A stretch of 64,000 bases of DNA, taken from the human T2T-CHM13v2.0 reference genome, Homo sapiens. Below the pieces are notes generated by a model. That model saw nothing but the letters and a program-made list of their open reading frames with translations. It was not told the DNA's origin and searched no databases. Every line of letters starts with the position of its first letter. The stretch's first letter is position 1. Positions 1 through 23,170 of this stretch are shown here, one piece after another. The DNA lies in the NCBI RefSeq assembly GCF_009914755.1, contig NC_060947.1; one strand, given 5' to 3'. A program made the position numbers and the translations under genes.

Positions 1-690
1 TATTGAGTTGTATGGATTCCTTATGTATTTTGGAAATTAACTTATTATACATGTGATTGACAAATATTTTCTCACATTCTGTAGACTTTTCATTTTGTTA
101 CTTGGTTTCTTTGCTATGTAGTTTAGTTTTGCTTTTGTTGCCTGTGCTTTTGGTGTCATATTCAAAAAATCATTGTCAAGACCAATGTCAAGGAGCTTTA
201 CCACTATGTTATCTTTCAAAAGTTTTATGGTTTCAGGTCCTACGTTAAGGTCTTTAATTCATTTCAAGTTAATTTTTGTAATAGGAGACCAATTTCATTC
301 TTTTACATGTGGATATGCAGTTTTCCCAACACCATTTATTGAAGAGACTGTCCTTTCCCCAATGTGTATTTTTGGCATGCTTGTCAAATATTAGTTGATC
401 ACATATATGTGGGTTTATTTCCAGGCTCTCAGTTCTGTTCCAATTATCTATGTGTCTGTTTTTATGCCAGGACCATACATTTTGAATGCTATGGATTTGA
501 AATAAAGTTTGAAATCAGTGTCATGCCTCCAGTTTATTCTTCTTGAATCTGTATATTGCTTTGGGTAGTATGAATTTTTATCTTAATGTTTTTATCACAT
601 CACTCTTACAAGAGTAAGAGTTTTTATATGTTGATTTTGTATCTTGCAACTTTACTAAATTATTTTATTATCACTAAAGGTTTGCCATTC
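1..690 (-). mobile_element. Old LINE-1 (L1M-type) ORF2 fragment
   Basis: Minus-strand translation resembles the ORF2 3' region (DIGLDNDFLNMTPKAQATKAK); highly diverged. Confidence 0.85.
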
Positions 691-702
691 TAAAAAATCT
701 TT

Positions 703-838
703 GGCTGGGCATGGTGGCTCACACCCATAATCCTAGCACTTTGGAAGGCCTAGGCAGGAGGACAACTTGAAGCCAGGAGTTCAAGGTCAGCTTGGGAAAC
801 ATGATGAGGCCCTGTCTCAGAAAAGGAAAAAAGAAAAG
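703..838 (+). mobile_element. Alu monomer (FLAM-like)
   Basis: ggctgggcatggtggctcac start, ~130 bp, A-rich tail, no right arm. Confidence 0.85.
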
Positions 839-864
839 CAGAAATCATTACAAAATAAAAATAT

Positions 865-2950
865 TTTCCAAAAACCAACTCTTAATTTCATTCATCTTGT
901 CTATTGTTTTTTAGTGCCTACTCTATTTATTTTTGCTCTAATTGACATTATTTTATTCACTTTGTAGATGTTGAGGTTAGTTTATTCTTTTTTTATAGTT
1001 CTTTGAGGTATAACATTAATTTGTTCACTGGGGATCTTTTTTCTTATTGTAATGGTTTATAGCTACAGATTTTCCTCTTAGAATTGCTATTGTTGTATCC
1101 CATAAGTTTTTGTATGTTGTGTTTCTATTTTCAATTGTCTTAAGATATTGTTTGATTTTCTCTTTGAATTCTTATTTGGCCCACTGGCTGTTCAAAGGTG
1201 TTTAATTTTCATGTATTTGGGATTTTTCCAAATTCCTCCTGTTATTGATTTATAGTTTTATAGCATTGCGGTCAGAAAATATACCTGATATGATTTTAAT
1301 CTTCTTGAATTTAATATGAGTTGCTTTGTGGCCTGTTGTATGATGTATCCTGAGAACATTTCATGTTTGCTTTAGAAAAATGTATATTTTGCTGCTGTTA
1401 GATGAAATGTTTTGTGTATATCTCTGGTTCATTCGATCTATAGCATTATTTCCTTCTTGATTTTTTGTCTGAACTGCCTAGTCATTGTGGAGAGTGCAGT
1501 ATTAAAGTCCCCTGCTATTATTATATTTCTATTTACTTCTCATTTCAATTATGCCAATATTTGCTTTATAAATGTAGATGCTCTAATGTTAGGTGCATAA
1601 GTATTTTAAATTTTTATATCATTTGATGAATTTTCCCTTTATTATTATATAACTATCTTGTCTCTTGTGACACTTTTTGAATAAAAAGGCTATTTTTTTC
1701 TGGCATAATTATACCCACCTCTGATCTCTTTTAGGTACCAATTGCATGGAGTATGTTTTTCTATCCCTTCTCTTTCAGCCTATGTGTGTCTCTAAAGCTA
1801 AATTGAGTATCTTGTACATAGTATATTTTTGTATCCTGTTTTTTATCCATTCATCATTCAGTGTCTTTTGATTGAATAACTTAATCCATTGACATTTAAA
1901 TAGCTATTAGACGTAAACAACTTACTATTGACATTTTATTCATTGTTTTCTGACTGTTTTGTAGTTCCTTTGTTACTTTCTTTCTTTCTTCCTTTGTGAT
2001 TTGATGACTTTGTGGTAGTATGGTTTGATTCCTTTCTCTTTATCTTTTTCGGTATCCACTACAGGTTTTTTTATGTGATTGCTATCAGGTTTATATTAAA
2101 TATCTTACAGCTATAACATCCCATTTTAAGTGGTTAACAACTTAATTTATATCACATACAAAATCTCTATATTTTTACTTCTTCTTTATCACATTTTAGG
2201 TTATTGATGTTACAATTTATGTCTTTTCTATATTATATACCCAATAACAAATTATCATAGTTATTATTTTTAACGTTCATGTTTGGGTGTTTTTTTTTTT
2301 TTTGAGACAGAGTCTCACTCTATCACCCAGGCTGGAGTACAGTGGTGGAACTCAGCTCACTACAACTTCTGCCTCCCAGGTTCAAACAATTCTCATGTCT
2401 CAGCCTCCTGAGTAACTGGGAATACAGGCGTGTGCCACCACCCCTGGATAATTTTTGTATTTTTGGTAAAGATGGGGTTTCACCTTGTTGGCCAGGCTGG
2501 TCTCGAACTCCTGGCATCAAGTGATCCATCCACTTGTGCCTCTCGAAGTGCTGGTATTACAGATATGAGCCACTGCGCCTGGACTTAATGTTTGTTTATT
2601 AACTATTATACTAGAACTGAAAGTGATTTACTCATCATCATTAAAATAATAGAGAATTCTGACTTTGACTATATATTTACCTATATAAGTGAGTTTTATG
2701 CATTTACATGTTTGTATGTTGTTAATTAGCATCCATTCATTTCAGTAAAGAACTACTTTAGCATTTCTTCTAAGGCAGGACTAGTGGTGACGAGCTCCCT
2801 TACCTTTTGTTTGTTTGGGAAAGTCTTTATATCTTCTTCATTTCTGAAGGACAGTGTTGCCAGGTAAAGTATTCTTCATTGGCAGTTTTTTTCTTTAGAT
2901 ATTTTAAAAATATCATTCCATTCCCTCCTCCTGGCCTGCAAGGTTTGTGC
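865..2950 (-). mobile_element. Old L1M fragment (ORF2 endonuclease region toward ORF1), interrupted by an Alu
   Basis: T-rich antisense L1 motifs (tcccataagttt...tatgttgtgtt; attaaagtcccctgctattatt; ttagcatttcttctaaggcagg). Confidence 0.8.
2290..2584 (-). mobile_element. Alu (AluS-like), full length
   Basis: PolyT, then tgagacagagtctcactc ... gagccactgcgcctggac; degenerate flanking repeat ttaa(c/t)gtt. Confidence 0.95.
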
Positions 2951-2980
2951 TGCCATAGAATTTTTCTAAGTATTGCCTTT

Positions 2981-4140
2981 AGAAAGGTTATCAGATACAA
3001 GGTCAATATACAGAAATAATTGGTTAATAATTGTATTCTCAAAATCAACACACACACTCCATGGCATTTATATACACCAACAGGAAACATCTGAAAAAGA
3101 ATTAAGAAAGGAAACTCACATACAGTAGCCACAAAGAATACAAAATACCTAGTTATCAATTTAACCAAAGAAGTGGAAGATTTATACAAGTAAAGGTATA
3201 AAACACTGATGAAAAAATTGGAGAGCACACTACAAACTGGAAAGATATTCCATACTCATGGCTTGGAAGAATTAAGGTTATTAAAATGACTATAGCACTA
3301 AAAGCAATTTACATACTCAGTGCAATCACTATAAAAATACCAATGACATTCTTCATAAATAGAAAAAGATACTAAAATACACATGGAATTGCAAGAGACC
3401 TCGAATAGCCAAAGCAATCCTGAACAAAAAGAACAAAGCTGGAGGCATCACACTACCTGACTTCATAATATACTACAAAGCTGTAATAACCAAATTAGCA
3501 TGGTACTGGCAAAAAACAAACAAAAAACACAAAACAACAACAACAAAAACAGAGACACAGACCAATGGAACAGAATAGAGAATCCAGAAATAAATCCACA
3601 CATTTACAGCCAACTCATTTTCAACAAAGGCACCAAGTGCATACATTGAGAGATAGGACAGTCTCTTCAATAAGTGATGTGAGGAAAACTAGATGACCAT
3701 AGGCAGAAGAATGAAACTAGACCTCCTGTCTCTTATTACGTAAAAAATCAACTCAAAATAAATTAAATATTTAAATCTAAGACCTGAAAATATGAAACTA
3801 ATAAAAAAAACTTTGGAAAAATCCTTCAGAACATTGGTCTGGGCAATGATATTTTGTGTAAGACCTCAAAAGCACAGGCAACTGAAGTAAAAATAGACAA
3901 ATGGAATATTATCAAGCTAAAAAGCTTCTGCACAGCAAAGGAAACAAAGAGATAAATCATGGAATTGAAAATATTTTCAAGCTTTCCATCTTACATGGAT
4001 TTATAACCAGAATAGATAAGGATTTCAAAGAACTCTGTAGCAAAAAAAAAAAAAAAGTTTTAAAATGCGTAAAAGATCTCAATAGACATTTCTCAAAAGC
4101 ATATACACAAATGGACAATATGTATATGAAAAAATGCTCT
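2981..4140 (+). mobile_element. Old L1 (L1PB/L1MA-like) ORF2 fragment
   Basis: Sense ORF2 motifs (aagaacaaagctggaggcatcacactacctgacttc; gaccaatggaacagaatagag). Confidence 0.85.
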
Positions 4141-7712
<3,572 letters not shown>

Positions 7713-7726
7713 AAAGAAATTGAGTG

Positions 7727-9120
7727 AAACCCAAATAAGCTAAACTCAGAGAAAGTCACACCATGATGCATCTTAATTAACCTTCTGAAAGCTAAGACAA
7801 AATAATTAAAAACAGCTAGAGATAAATGGCATTACCTATAAAGGAACAATAATTCAAAAGACAATGGGTTTCTTATATGAAATTATGGCAGCCAGAATGA
7901 AGGAGAATAACATTTTTAAGTATTGAAAGAAAAGAATAGTCTACCCAGTGACTATCCTTCAGGAATAACTAGAAAAGAAAGAAACTCTCAAAGGCAAACT
8001 AACAGACTCTAGTTACTTATAAGAACTATCCTTTAAGAGTAGCTAAAGCAGCCATTCCAAATTGAAATATATATATATAAATAAAAGGATGATGGTGGAA
8101 TTGGTAAAAACAGAAGTAAAAATAATAGACTATACTTCCTCTAATCAATTTCTTTAATAATATTTTATGGTTGAAGCAAAAATTATAACATCATCTAATG
8201 TGGTGCTCAGTGTATGTACTGCAAATACTTATCACAATTGTATTTGGAAAGTGGGGAGGTTAATGTGACATAAAAGATGTAAGGTTTCTATACTTTACCA
8301 GAAGTGGTAAAATATCAATACTAGTAGGCTGTGATATGATGCACATGTAACTCAAGTGCATATGGCAATACATAAGGTAAATAGTAAGAAAATAGGAATC
8401 AATATACTCAAATATTATAAATAAAAATAGAGGTCTATAAACTGTTCATGTAGTCTAGAGGAAGACAGCACAAAGGAACCAAAAAATTAGAAACAAAGGA
8501 ATTAAATAGAAAAAAATAATAACATGGAACACTTAAGCCTTAACGTATTAATAACTATATTAAACATAAATAGTCAAGTACAGCGGCCGGGCACGGTGGC
8601 TCACGCCTGTAATCCCAGCACTTTGGGAGGCCGAGGCGGGCAGATCACGAGGTCAGGAGATCGAGACCATCCTGGCTAACACGGTGAAACCCCGTCTCTA
8701 CTAAAAATATAAAAAATTAGCCAGGCATTGTGGCAGGCGCCTGTAGCCCCAACTACTCGGGAGGCTGAGGCAGGAGAATGGCGTGAACCCAGGAGGCGGG
8801 GTTGCAGTGAGCTGAGATTGCGCCACTGCACTCCAGCCTGGGCGACAGAGTGAGATTCCATCTCAAAAAATAAAAAATAAAAAAAGGTCAAGTACAACAA
8901 ATACAATACAAAGATTGGTAGAGTAGATTTTTAAAAATACACCTCTATGTTGTCTACAACACACTGATTTCAAGTGTAATGAATTAGGTAGATTAAAAGG
9001 AGAAGGAAGAAAATATATCTCATGCAAACATTAATCAAAAAAGTTAAGTGTGGCTTTATCAAAATCAGACAAAGTAAATCTTAGGGTAAAGAAATGACTA
9101 CAATTGGAGGTACAATTGGA
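7727..9120 (+). mobile_element. Ancient L1M fragment (ORF1 to ORF2 start), interrupted by an Alu
   Basis: A-rich diverged L1 motifs (ctatgttgtctacaa; catgcaaacattaatcaaaa; aaaatcagacaaagta). Confidence 0.7.
8585..8885 (+). mobile_element. AluY-like
   Basis: gatcgagaccatcctggctaacacggtgaaacccc and gagaatggcgtgaaccc diagnostics; TSD about gtcaagtaca. Confidence 0.95.
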
Positions 9121-9129
9121 GATACTATA

Positions 9130-11416
9130 TGATATGGTTTGGCTCTATGTTCCCACCCAGATCTCACCTGGAATTGTAGAATTGTAATAATCCCTATGTG
9201 TCATGGGACAGACCTGGTGGGAGGTAACTGAATCATGGAGGCAGGATTTTCCCATGCTATTCTCGTGATATTGAATAAGTCTCATGAGATCTTATGGTTT
9301 TATAAAGGGAAGTTCCCCTGCAAACACTTGCTCTTGCCTGCCACCATGTAAGATGTGACTTTGCTCCTCATTCACCTTCTGCCATGATTGTGAGGCCTCC
9401 CCAGCTATGTGGAACTGTGAGTCAATGATACCTCTTTCCTCTATAAATTACCCAGTTTTGGGTATGTCTTTATTACCAGAGTGAGAACAGACTGATACAG
9501 TAAATTGGTACTGGAAAGTGGGATGCTGCTGTAAAGATACCCAAAAATGTGGAAGCGACTTTGGAACTGGGTAATAGGCTGAGGTTGGAACAGTTTGGAG
9601 GACTCAGAAGATAGGAAAATGTGGGAAAGTTTGGAACTTCCTAGAGACTTGGAGGGCTCAGAAGACAGGAAGATGTGAGAAAGTTTGGAACTTCCTAGAG
9701 ACTTGTTGAATGACTTTGACCAAAATGCTGGTAGTGATATGGACAATAAGGTCCAGGCTGAGGTGGTCTCAGGTGGAGATGGGGAACTTGTTGGGAACTG
9801 GAGTAAAGGTCAGTCTTGCTATGCAAAGAGACTGGCGGCATTTTGCCCCTGCCCTAGAGAACTGTGGAACTTTGAACTTGAGAGAGATGATTTAGGGTAT
9901 CTGGGGAAAGAAATTTCTAAGCAGCAAAGCATTCAAGAGGAAGCAGAGCATTTGGAAAATGTGCAGCCTAACAATGCAATGGAAAAGAAAAACCCATTTT
10001 CTGGGGAGAAATTCAAACCACCTGCAGAAATTTGCATATGTAACAAGGAGCCAAATGCTAGTCACCAAGACAATGGGGAAAATGCCTCCAGGGCATGTCG
10101 GAGACCTTTGTGGCAGCCCCTCTCATCACAGGCCTGAGGTCTAGGAGGGAAAAACGGTTTCATGAGCCAGGCCTAGGGCTCCCCTGCGCTATGCAGCCTC
10201 TGAACATGGTGCCCTGCATCCCAGCTGTTTCAGTTCCAGCCATGGCTAAAAGGGGCCAATGCTTCAGAGAATGCAAGCCCCAAGCCTTGGCAGTTTACAC
10301 ATGGTGGTGGGACTGTGAGTGCACAGAAGTCAAGAATTGAGGTTTGGGAACCTCCACCTACATTTCAGAGGATGTATGAAAACACCTGAATGTCCAGGCA
10401 GAAGCATGCTGTAGGGGCAGGGTCCTCATGGAGAACCTCTGCTAGGGCAGTGTGGAAGGGAAATGTGGGGTCATAGCCCCCACACAGAGTCCCTACTGGG
10501 CCACTGCCTAGTGGAGCTGTGAAAAGAGAGTTGCCATCATCCAGACCCCAGAATGGTAGATTCACTGACAGCTTGTACCATGCAACTGGAAAAGCCACAG
10601 ACACTCAACACCAGCCTGTGAAAGCAGCCAAGAGGGAAGCTATACCCTGCAATGCCACAGGAGTGGAGCTGCCCAAGGCTGTGGCAGCCCACCTCTTGCA
10701 TCAGCATGACCTGGGTGTGAGATATGGAATCAAAGGAGATCCTTTTGGAACTTTAAGGTTGAATGACTGTCCTATTGGATTTCGGACTTGCATGGGGCCT
10801 GTAGCCACTTCATTCTGGCCAATTTCTCCCATTTGGAACAGGTGAATTTACCTAAAGTCTGTACCCCATTTTATTTAAGAAGTATCTAACTTGCTTTTGA
10901 TTTTACAGGCTCATAGGTGGAAGGGACTTGCCTTGTCTCAGATGAGACTTTGGACGGTGGACTTTTAATGCTGAAATGAGTTAAGACTTTGGGGAAATGT
11001 TGGGAAGGCATGATTGGTTTTGAAATGTGAGGACATGAGATTTGGGAGGGGCCAGGGATGAAATGATACAGTTTGGCTCTCTGTCCCCAATCAAATCTCA
11101 CCTGGAATTGTAATAATCCCCACATGTCATGGGAGGGACCCAGTGGGAGGTAACTGAATCATGGGCATGAGTTTTTTTCCCTGCTGTTCTCATGATAGTA
11201 AGTCTCATGAGATCTGATGGTTTTATAAAGGGGAGTTCCCCTGCAAACACTTGCTCTTGCCTGCCACCCTATAAGGTGTGACTTTCCACCTCATTCAGCT
11301 TCTGCCATGATTGTGAGGCCTCCCCAGCCATGCAGAACTGTGAGTCAATTAAACCTCTTTCCTTTATAAATTACTCAATCTCAGGTATGTCTTTATTAGC
11401 AATGTAAGAAAAGACT
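9130..11416 (+). mobile_element. THE1 MaLR element: LTR 9130-9499, internal 9500-11063, LTR 11064-11416 (last bases missing)
   Basis: Two similar ~360-bp LTRs starting tgata(t/c)(g/a)gtttggct; internal region starts gtaaattggtac and ends gggaggggccagggatgaaa. Confidence 0.95.
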
Positions 11417-11558
11417 TGTCTTCTGCCATAAGATGAGCCTCACTAGATGCTGGTGCCATAGCTTCCGGAACTGTGAGCCAAACAGAGTTCTTTTTTTTTT
11501 TTTTTTAACTACCTAGTCTGTGGTATTCTGTTATATCAGCAGAAAACCGACTAAGACA
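11417..11558 (+). mobile_element. 3' part of an MST/MLT1A-like MaLR LTR
   Basis: gcctcactagatgctggtgcc ... gaactgtgagcc ... gtattctgttat ... gactaagaca terminus. Confidence 0.75.
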
Positions 11559-11599
11559 ATAATTAACTAAGAGTGTCTAACTGATATTTTTAGAATATT

Positions 11600-12170
11600 G
11601 ATATGAAATTCTTAATGTAACTACTGATTATATGAAAAGTATAATTCCTCATGACCAACTGAGATTTATCCAAGAGACACAGAGATAGAATTACAGTAAT
11701 TGCTATCCATGGGGTATATTAAAAATAATTTTCTTAACAGATGCTGATATAGTTTGATAAAACTCTTTAGCAAAGGATTCTTCTTAAAATAATAAAATGT
11801 ATGAATAGGGGAAAACAATCTTCTCAACAAAGCTTCTGATGTTACACTTAATTGTGAAACAAATAACCAAAAAATGTACTTAATTATAAAGTACTGGGGG
11901 CAGTTTCAGAAAAATAAGAGAGTTAACAAAGTCATTGGAATGTAATAGTGTGAAAGTTCTGGTCATTATAATGCAGCATGAAGCAGAAATAAGAGTTATA
12001 ACCCCTAGAAAAATGGACATATAATTATTATTTACATATGATATGATTATATTCCTAGAAAAAGCAGTTTAAACACTATTAAAATAAGTAGATTGGCTAG
12101 ATAAAAGATAAGCTAATAAAAATTAATTACTTTGCTATGTTATCAGTTGGAAAGTACAAAAGGAATTCTT
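11600..12170 (+). mobile_element. Very old L1 ORF2 relic
   Basis: catgaccaactgagatttatcc; atgatatgattatattcctagaaaa. Confidence 0.55.
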
Positions 12171-13121
12171 TCAAAGTTTGGATGCAACATTCCACCTTAA
12201 GCCAAATATAGTTAATTCCTTTTCCCTTTGAACTAGCCCCTGAAATTATCAAAGAAATGTAAAAATCCACTTCAGCTCTGGAAACAAGTGCAGGGTGTTA
12301 CCCACTGGCAAGAGCAAATTTCTTCAGGTTAATGAGCAGCTGAGACCTAAGGGTGGATCTAGCCAGCTGGGGAAAGACCAATCCACTTAGGAAAACAAGT
12401 GTAAGGAACCTACACCAGCGTGGAAGGCTGCAGGGTAGAACTGAGGAAAGGCATGAGAGAATGGGTGAAGCTAAACCTCGAGTCTCTTGTCAGCTTTGGG
12501 ATGTACATTAGGGTAAGAAATTGCCACCTCAGGAGTCAGTGCAGCTTCTCATTGGCTTGAAAAGCTGGAGCATGAACCCTAATGATTAAAGGAGAGGGCA
12601 GGCTCTAAGTATCTCTAGGCTGCCCCCTCTACAGTGAGTAAGCAGCTGGGAAGAGTAAAAACACAGCAAACCCATATTTACTCCTTCTCTCATTATCTGG
12701 TATTGAAATATTTGAATAGGGACTCCAATAAATCAAAGTCCATCTTAATTCCCCATACTGAACCATATTTTGTAAGGATGCGCAAAAAGAGAAAATGATT
12801 GGTAATTTGGCAGGACCAACATGGGAACCAATGGGAATAAAAGTAAACATTTCTTTGTGAAAGATGTTAATTCAAGAAACAGGCGGAAATTTAAAATAAT
12901 CTCTTACTTGTTTTTAACACAAGCTTTGAGAGGCTGTTGCATCTATGAAGAAGGCAGGAAATACTGATTTCAAATAAAAACATAATTATAAAATTTAAAA
13001 TGCAATGGAAGCAATGAAGAGCCGATAATCTCTTAATCTTAAAATTTCATCTGAAATGCTTCAGAATTCACTTAGAAATCAGAAAACAAAAATGAAAGAA
13101 ATGAGATTAGAAAAACAGTAA

Positions 13122-13628
<507 letters not shown>

Positions 13629-13909
13629 TGATATGGGTTTTTTTTTTAACATATAAAGAATAAAGAAAAATTTTAAATGCACGCAAGCAGAAGTTACAAT
13701 ATATCTAAAATGAAAAAAAAAATCAGATGGCAGCAGATGTCTTGGTCAAACTGAATGCCAGAAGACCATGGAACAATGTCTAAAGAATTTAGAGAGAAAA
13801 TGATTGTTATCCAATAGCTCTACAGTTAGCCAAACTACTTTTAAGGAGCTAAAATATTCATTTCATTTTATCTTTTTATTCCTTAGTGTTTCTTGCAAGT
13901 CATAATATA

Positions 13910-14872
13910 TTTATTTTATTTTATTGTGGTAATAACACTTATCATGAGATCTATACCCTTAACAAGTTTTAAGTGTACAATATATTATTGTTGACTATAG
14001 GCACAATGATGTAAAGCAGATCTCTAAAGTTTATTCATTTTATTTAACTGAAACTCTATGCCTATTGGTCAACAACTCCCCATTACCTCCTCCCTCTAGC
14101 TTTGTATATATACTTCATGTTAGTGAAATCCTGCAGTACTAGTCTGTTTGTAACTGGCTTATTTCACTTAGCATAAGTCCTCAAGGTTAGCCCATGTTGT
14201 TGCATATTGCAGAATTTCCTTTTTGCATAAGGTTGAATAGTGTGTGTATATATATATATATAAAACATGTTCTCTATCCATTCTTCTGTCATTGGACATT
14301 TAAGTTCTTTCCACATCTTAGCTATTATAAATGAATAGTGCTCCAATGAATATGTAAATAGTAGCTCTTTGAGATCCTAATTTCAATTTTTTATATATAC
14401 TCAGAAATGTGATTGCTGGGTCACATGGTAGCACTATTTTTAATTTTTGAGAAGCATCCATACTGTTTTTTATAGTGGCTGTATTGGTAAAAACAAAACA
14501 AAACAAAAATAAACAAGTGGGATTACATCAAACTAAAAAGCTTCTGCACAGTAAAATAAACAATCAACAGATTGAAAAAGCAGCCTATAGAATGGGAGAA
14601 AATATCTGCAAACCATATATCTGAAAAGGTGTTAATCTCCAAAATATATATGAAATACATATAACTCAATAACAAAAAATGAATTACATAATTTGAAAAA
14701 TGAGTTAAGTACTTGAATGGACATTTCTCCTAAGAAGACATACAAATGGCCAGTAAGTATAAAAAAAATTGCTCTATATCACTAATCAGCAAGGAAGTGC
14801 AATCAAGACCACAATGAGATATCATCTCATACCTGTAAGGATGGCTATTATCAAGAAAATGAAAGACAAGTA
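13910..14872 (-). mobile_element. Old L1MA/MB 3' end with 5' inversion (antisense 13910-~14485, opposite orientation ~14490-14872)
   Basis: Antisense L1 3'UTR and ORF2 end joined to the adjacent upstream ORF2 segment in opposite orientation (aaacaagtgggattacatcaaactaaaaagcttctgcac ... gaaagacaag). Confidence 0.8.
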
Positions 14873-16031
14873 ATTGAGATTTATAGAAGACTCTGATCAA
14901 CAACAGCAGTATTAACATTTTTACAAGTGCTCAATGGAACTTTCACCAAGATGAGTCATGAAACATGCTGGTTATTTTGTTGTTCTCCTGTCTTAGGTCC
15001 ATCAGATTGTATGCCATTAATTTCTCCTTTTACTCACACAGATACCTGTGTGTTTCTGTGGCTGTTGGTGCTTTGTCTTCATCTACTTGGATTTTAAGAT
15101 CTGCGAGAATAATTCATCATGATGTTTTGTTATAAACATTGTTGATGGATTTTTGGTTTTGTTATGTAGTTGCTCTGCCTGTTTTTATGTAGAGATTAAT
15201 AGAGACTAGCCAACTATGTTCCTGCCACCACCATTTTCTCGTAATCCCTATCTATTACCTAGATTTCAGTCTTGTTAACTTTACCATATTTGCTACATCT
15301 ATTTTAAGTATTTAAAAGCAAATAACCATAGACATTCTTTCGATTTCCTCTGAAATATTTTAGCATGTATGTCTTAAATAAAAAGACATTTTTCTCAAAA
15401 AAAATCATCATACCACTACCATACCTGAAAAACTAACAATAATTCTCCAATTTCATCATCTCGCATTCAGCCCATACCTAGATTCCTCTTTTGTCCTCAC
15501 AATAGCTTTTAGAAGTGGAACTTTTTTCAAACAGTTTCCTTATGTTGCAAGGGTCCTTTAAGTATCTCTTAATCAAGCCTGACATTCTTGATAAACCTTT
15601 TTTCTTTTATTTTTAGATTATGATATTTTCTCTATGGAATTAAAGAGTAGTGCATTTTGTTTTAGAGAGTAGTGCATTTTTTTAAGAAAATTAATGTCCA
15701 GAAAAGATAAGACCATCAAAAAGATTAGGCCTGCTGCCTGGGCAAAAATTAGGTAGAGAGACCACAGGACAGCAACCACAGGAACCACCCTAACCATCTC
15801 AGGGAAACAAAACGCCTCGGGGTAGTAGTGTTCAAAGTTACTATTAGCACCTTAGAGAGTCCTCTCTGGCTCAAAGGTAATATAATCTAGTTAGTGACTT
15901 CAAAACTCCAAAGCCTAAGCTTGTAACTCAGGCTGTTTGTGGGTTCTGTGAGCTTGGCCTTTGGCAGATGTAGGGATGAAGATGCCTAGTTCCTCCCTTA
16001 GAGGTAACTGTGGATCCTGCCTAAGAAATAA

Positions 16032-18292
<2,261 letters not shown>

Positions 18293-18889
18293 AAGAAATA
18301 AGCATTTTAAGGCCTCAGTATTTTTTATAGATGGAAAGTAGAATTTTCCTTATATTTCCATGCTTTAAATTTTTTTTTCTCCAAGTTATTGGTAGAGAGT
18401 TTCCATACTTAAAAATATCCCATCCTAGAAGCAAATCATAAGGTCTGTATTCCACAGGCAGAACCCTGGCTTACAGAAATACCTGGGTGCTTGACAACAG
18501 GAGGTCATTGGAGGAGTTGGCAGCAGGGTGCAGGAATAGTTGGGATAATTTTCCTCAAGTTTGTGTTTCCCGGCTTTGTGCCGATGATCATGGAGTCAGA
18601 GAGGCAGCATGAGAAATGCTTCTCAGTCCAAGTAATTGAAACTAGGAAACCTGTGAGAAAACTGAGAGAAGACTGGAGCAAAATCCTCTAAAGGGCAGTG
18701 TGCTTTCCTTCACTGGAGGGCTTGCAAACTGCCATTTGACATGCAGGTGGCAGCATTTTTTTTCCTTTTGTCTAATGAAGCCAATCCCGTAGTCACAGAT
18801 TGGTCATGTTTTCCCCAGGATCCACTAGGGGATTTTAATATGGTGGGGCTACAGAAAGATGTCCATTGGTTTCTAACAACACCCACAGA

Positions 18890-19360
18890 AAATTTCAGAA
18901 ACCCTCTCTCGGTTCACAAGGCCCTGTATGATCTCCTTTCACTCTACCTTACATATTGCTACTCTCCTCTAGCTCACTGTATATCCTCCTTGTTCCCTGA
19001 AACATGTACTTCCCACATCCCTAGCTCAGGGGTGCTTGCGTTAGCTGTTCCCTCCACCTGGAAAGGTCCCAACACCCTCCCTCCTTGAAAGCCATAGAGT
19101 TTGCTCATCTCCCTTATTTGTGGCTTAGGAAACTCTTTCTGTACTTAAAGAAACACCTTCCACTTCTGTCTCCCTATGCCTTGTGTTGTTTCATTTATTT
19201 TTTTACCACATAGTTACCACCTCCCAACATGATGTCAAATATTGCAATCTGTTTCTCTGTTTACTGTTTTTATTCTGTCACCCATAACAGAAGCCCACAA
19301 GGGTTCTGCACATGTTTTGTGACACAGCAGACGCTCAATAATGCATGTTGAATGAAAGCA
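18890..19360 (+). mobile_element. L2 fragment
   Basis: caaggccctgtatgatct; ctcaggg...gctgttccctccacctggaa; gacacagcagacgctcaataatgcatgttgaatgaa terminus. Confidence 0.7.
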
Positions 19361-19973
19361 GGATAGACCCCGTGCCAGCACTCACTCCATCTCCACCTGC
19401 TTTAGAGATCTGGCTCAATCTCTCTTTTCCTTACAGCAGAAAATCTGGATATGAAGATTGAGGATCTGCTTAACTGAGTTATAGTAACAGGTTTTTTCAA
19501 TGTGAGCTTAGGGACTAAGCTGGCTGGCTTAGCTCAGAGAGAAAGGCCTGGGCTTTGATGACTTTTCATCTTCATCTGTGGAATCTGGAGGTGCCTGTTA
19601 CATTTTGAGAGGGAGTGGAGAGTTGAGTGCTTTGCTAACTCAATAGCTGCCTTTCCCTTCTCTGGCCCAGCGAAACAAAAAGCCAGTGAAGAGGTGAGAG
19701 AGACTTGTGCCCTCTGGGAGTCCAAACAGAAGGAAGTAGATTCATGTAAGTGATGCAAGAAGAACACAGTGAAGTCCCATTATATGTCTGAACCCTAAAT
19801 CCCCCTGCCCTCCCTAAGCTCTGGATTCCAGATAATTAGATTTTTCAATATGGCCCCCAAAGCCCACTTGGGTACCCTGCCATATATTTAACTTCAACTT
19901 CTACCTCTCACCCTCCTCCCACTTTGATGACAACAAAACACTGACAGAGCACACTCCCACCTCAAGGGCTTTT

Positions 19974-23170
<3,197 letters not shown>

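Noticed and set aside
9600-9710. ~60-bp tandem repeat in the THE1 internal region
   Set aside because: I recall this repeat in THE1/MST internal sequences generally, so it is probably not locus-specific.
9685-10845. 100-150 aa ORFs
   Set aside because: Decayed MaLR internal ORF fragments.
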